A stretch of DNA of 64,000 nucleotides from Macrostomum hystrix (Eukaryota; Animalia; Platyhelminthes): the NCBI GenBank assembly GCA_950097015.1, contig CATNEN010000012.1:3100001-3164000 (forward strand). The letters run 5' to 3'. Shown piece by piece: positions 61,795 through 64,000 of this stretch. The translations under genes and the position numbers were made by a program. The notes under the pieces were generated by a model, which saw only the letters and a list, made by a program, of their open reading frames with translations, did no database searches and was not told the DNA's origin. The number at the start of each line of letters is the position of its first letter. The first letter of the stretch is position 1.

Positions 61795-64000
61795 CTGTCA
61801 GTGTCCTCTGACATTCCCAGTTATTTGGTTAGGCTGTCAGTGTCCTCTGACATTCCCAGTTATTTGGTAGGGCTGTCAGTGTCCTCTGACATTCCCAGTT
61901 ATTTGGTAGGGCTGTCAGTGTCCTCTGACATTCCCAGTTATTTGGTAGGGCTGTCAGTGTCCTCTGACATTCCCAGTTATTTGGTTAGGCTGTCAGTGTC
62001 CTCTGACATTCCCAGTTATTTGGTAGGGCTGTCAGTGTCCTCTGACATTCCCAGTTATTTGGTAGGGCTGTCAGTGTCCTCTGACATTCCCAGTTATTTG
62101 GTTAGGCTGTCAGTGTCCTCTGACATTCCCAGTTATTTGGTAGGGCTGTCAGTGTCCTCTGACATTCCCAGTTATTTGGTAGGGCTGTCAGTGTCCTCTG
62201 ACATTCCCAGTTATTTGGTAGGGCTGTCAGTGTCCTCTGACATTCCCAGTTATTTGGTAGGGCTGTCAGTGTCCTCTGACATTCCCAGTTATTTGGTAGG
62301 GCTGTCAGTGTCCTCTGACATTCCCAGTTATTTGGTAGGGCTGTCAGTGTCCTCTGACATTCCCAGTTATTTGGTTAGGCTGTCAGTGTCCTCTGACATT
62401 CCCAGTTATTTGGTAGGGCTGTCAGTGTCCTCTGACATTCCCAGTTATTTGGTAGGGCTGTCAGTGTCCTCTGACATTCCCAGTTATTTGGTTAGGCTGT
62501 CAGTGTCCTCTGACATTCCCAGTTATTTGGTAGGGTGGTCAGTGTTCTCTGACATTCCCAGTTATTTGGTAGGGTGGTCAGTGTCCTCTGACATTCCCAG
62601 TTATTTGGTAGGGTGGTCAGTGTCCTCTGACATTCCCAGTTATTTGGTAGGGTGGTCAGTGTCCTCTGACATTCCCAGTTATTTGGTAGGGTGGTCAGTG
62701 TCCTCTGACATTCCCAGTCATTTGGTAGGGTGGTCAGTGTTCTCTGACATTCCCAGTTATTTGGTAGGGTGGTCAGTGTCCTCTGACATTCCCAGATATT
62801 TGGTAGGGCTGTCAGTGTCCTCTGGCATTCCCAGTTATTTGGTAGGGCTGTCAGTGTCCTCTGACATTCCCAGTTATTTGGTAGGGTGGTCAGTGTTCTC
62901 TGACATTCCCAGTTATTTGGTAGGGTGGTCAGTGTCCTCTGACATTCCCAGTTATTTGGTAGGGTGGTCAGTGTCCTCTGACATTCCCAGTTATTTGGTA
63001 GGGTGGTCAGTGTTCTCTGACATTCCCAGTTATTTGGTAGGGTGGTCAGTGTCCTCTGGCATTCCCAGTTATTTGGTAGGGTGGTCAGTGTCCTCTGACA
63101 TTCCCAGTTATTTGGTAGGGCTGTCAGTGTCCTCTGACATTCCCAGTTATTTGGTAGGGCTGTCAGTGTCCTCTGACATTCCCAGTTATTTGGTAGGGCT
63201 GTCAGTGTCCTCTGACATTCCCAGTTATTTGGTTAGGCTGTCAGTGTCCTCTGACATTCCCAGTTATTTGGTAGGGCTGTCAGTGTCCTCTGACATTCCC
63301 AGTTATTTGGTAGGGCTGTCAGTGTCCTCTGACATTCCCAGTTATTTGGTAGGGCTGTCAGTGTCCTCTGACATTCCCAGTTATTTGGTAGGGTGGTCAG
63401 TGTTCTCTGACATTCCCAGTTATTTGGTAGGGTGGTCAGTGTCCTCTGACATTCCCAGTTATTTGGTAGGGTGGTCAGTGTCCTCTGACATTCCCAGTTA
63501 TTTGGTAGGGTGGTCAGTGTTCTCTGACATTCCCAGTTATTTGGTAGGGTGGTCAGTGTCCTCTGACATTCCCAGTCATTTGGTAGGGTGGTCAGTGTTC
63601 TCTGACATTCCCAGTTATTTGGTAGGGTGGTCAGTGTCCTCTGACATTCCCAGATATTTGGTAGGGCTGTCAGTGTCCTCTGGCATTCCCAGTTATTTGG
63701 TAGGGTGGTCAGTGTCCTCTGACATTCCCAGTTATTTGGTAGGGTGGTCAGTGTCCTCTGACATTCCCAGTTATTTGGTAGGGTGGTCAGTGTTCTCTGA
63801 CATTCCCAGTTATTTGGTAGGGTGGTCAGTGTCCTCTGGCATTCCCAGTTATTTGGTAGGGTGGTCAGTGTCCTCTGACATTCCCAGTTATTTGGTAGGG
63901 CTGTCAGTGTCCTCTGACATTCCCAGTTATTTGGTAGGGTGGTCAGTGTTCTCTGGCATTCCCAGATATTTGGTACGGCTGTCAGTGCCCTCTGGCATTT
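61795..64000 (+). repeat. 39-bp minisatellite running off the window end
   Basis: GTCAGTGTCCTCTGACATTCCCAGTTATTTGGTAGGG(CT/TG), more than 55 copies. Confidence 0.97.

Overview
Eukaryotic (animal) genomic DNA with spliceosomal introns. About 40% of the window (my rough sum, ~26 kb) is tandem repeat in more than 30 arrays. That architecture suggests a free-living flatworm such as Macrostomum, which is an inference only. Genes: an intronless OAMB/alpha-octopamine-like amine GPCR (+), a kainate-type ionotropic glutamate receptor with 16 traceable exons (-), a Gly/Met-rich orphan ORF (-), a two-exon peptide GPCR (+), an InaF-motif microprotein (+), a secreted 8-Cys protein ending in GRK (+), a possible tail-anchored protein exon, and a decayed alpha-tubulin copy. 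Mobile DNA: a Crypton-like (DUF3504) tyrosine-recombinase element with an intron, a full catalytic residue set, ~40-bp flanking direct repeats and a hairpin; three non-autonomous hAT elements with perfect 8-bp TSDs, one carrying a minisatellite found at three other loci; an internally deleted mariner; and a 5'-inverted RTE-like LINE insertion. The most notable structure is a pair of inverted 30-bp minisatellite arrays bracketing one in-frame 117-nt iGluR exon. Most long ORFs in the supplied track are repeat artefacts. All coordinates were read by hand, and no database searches were run.
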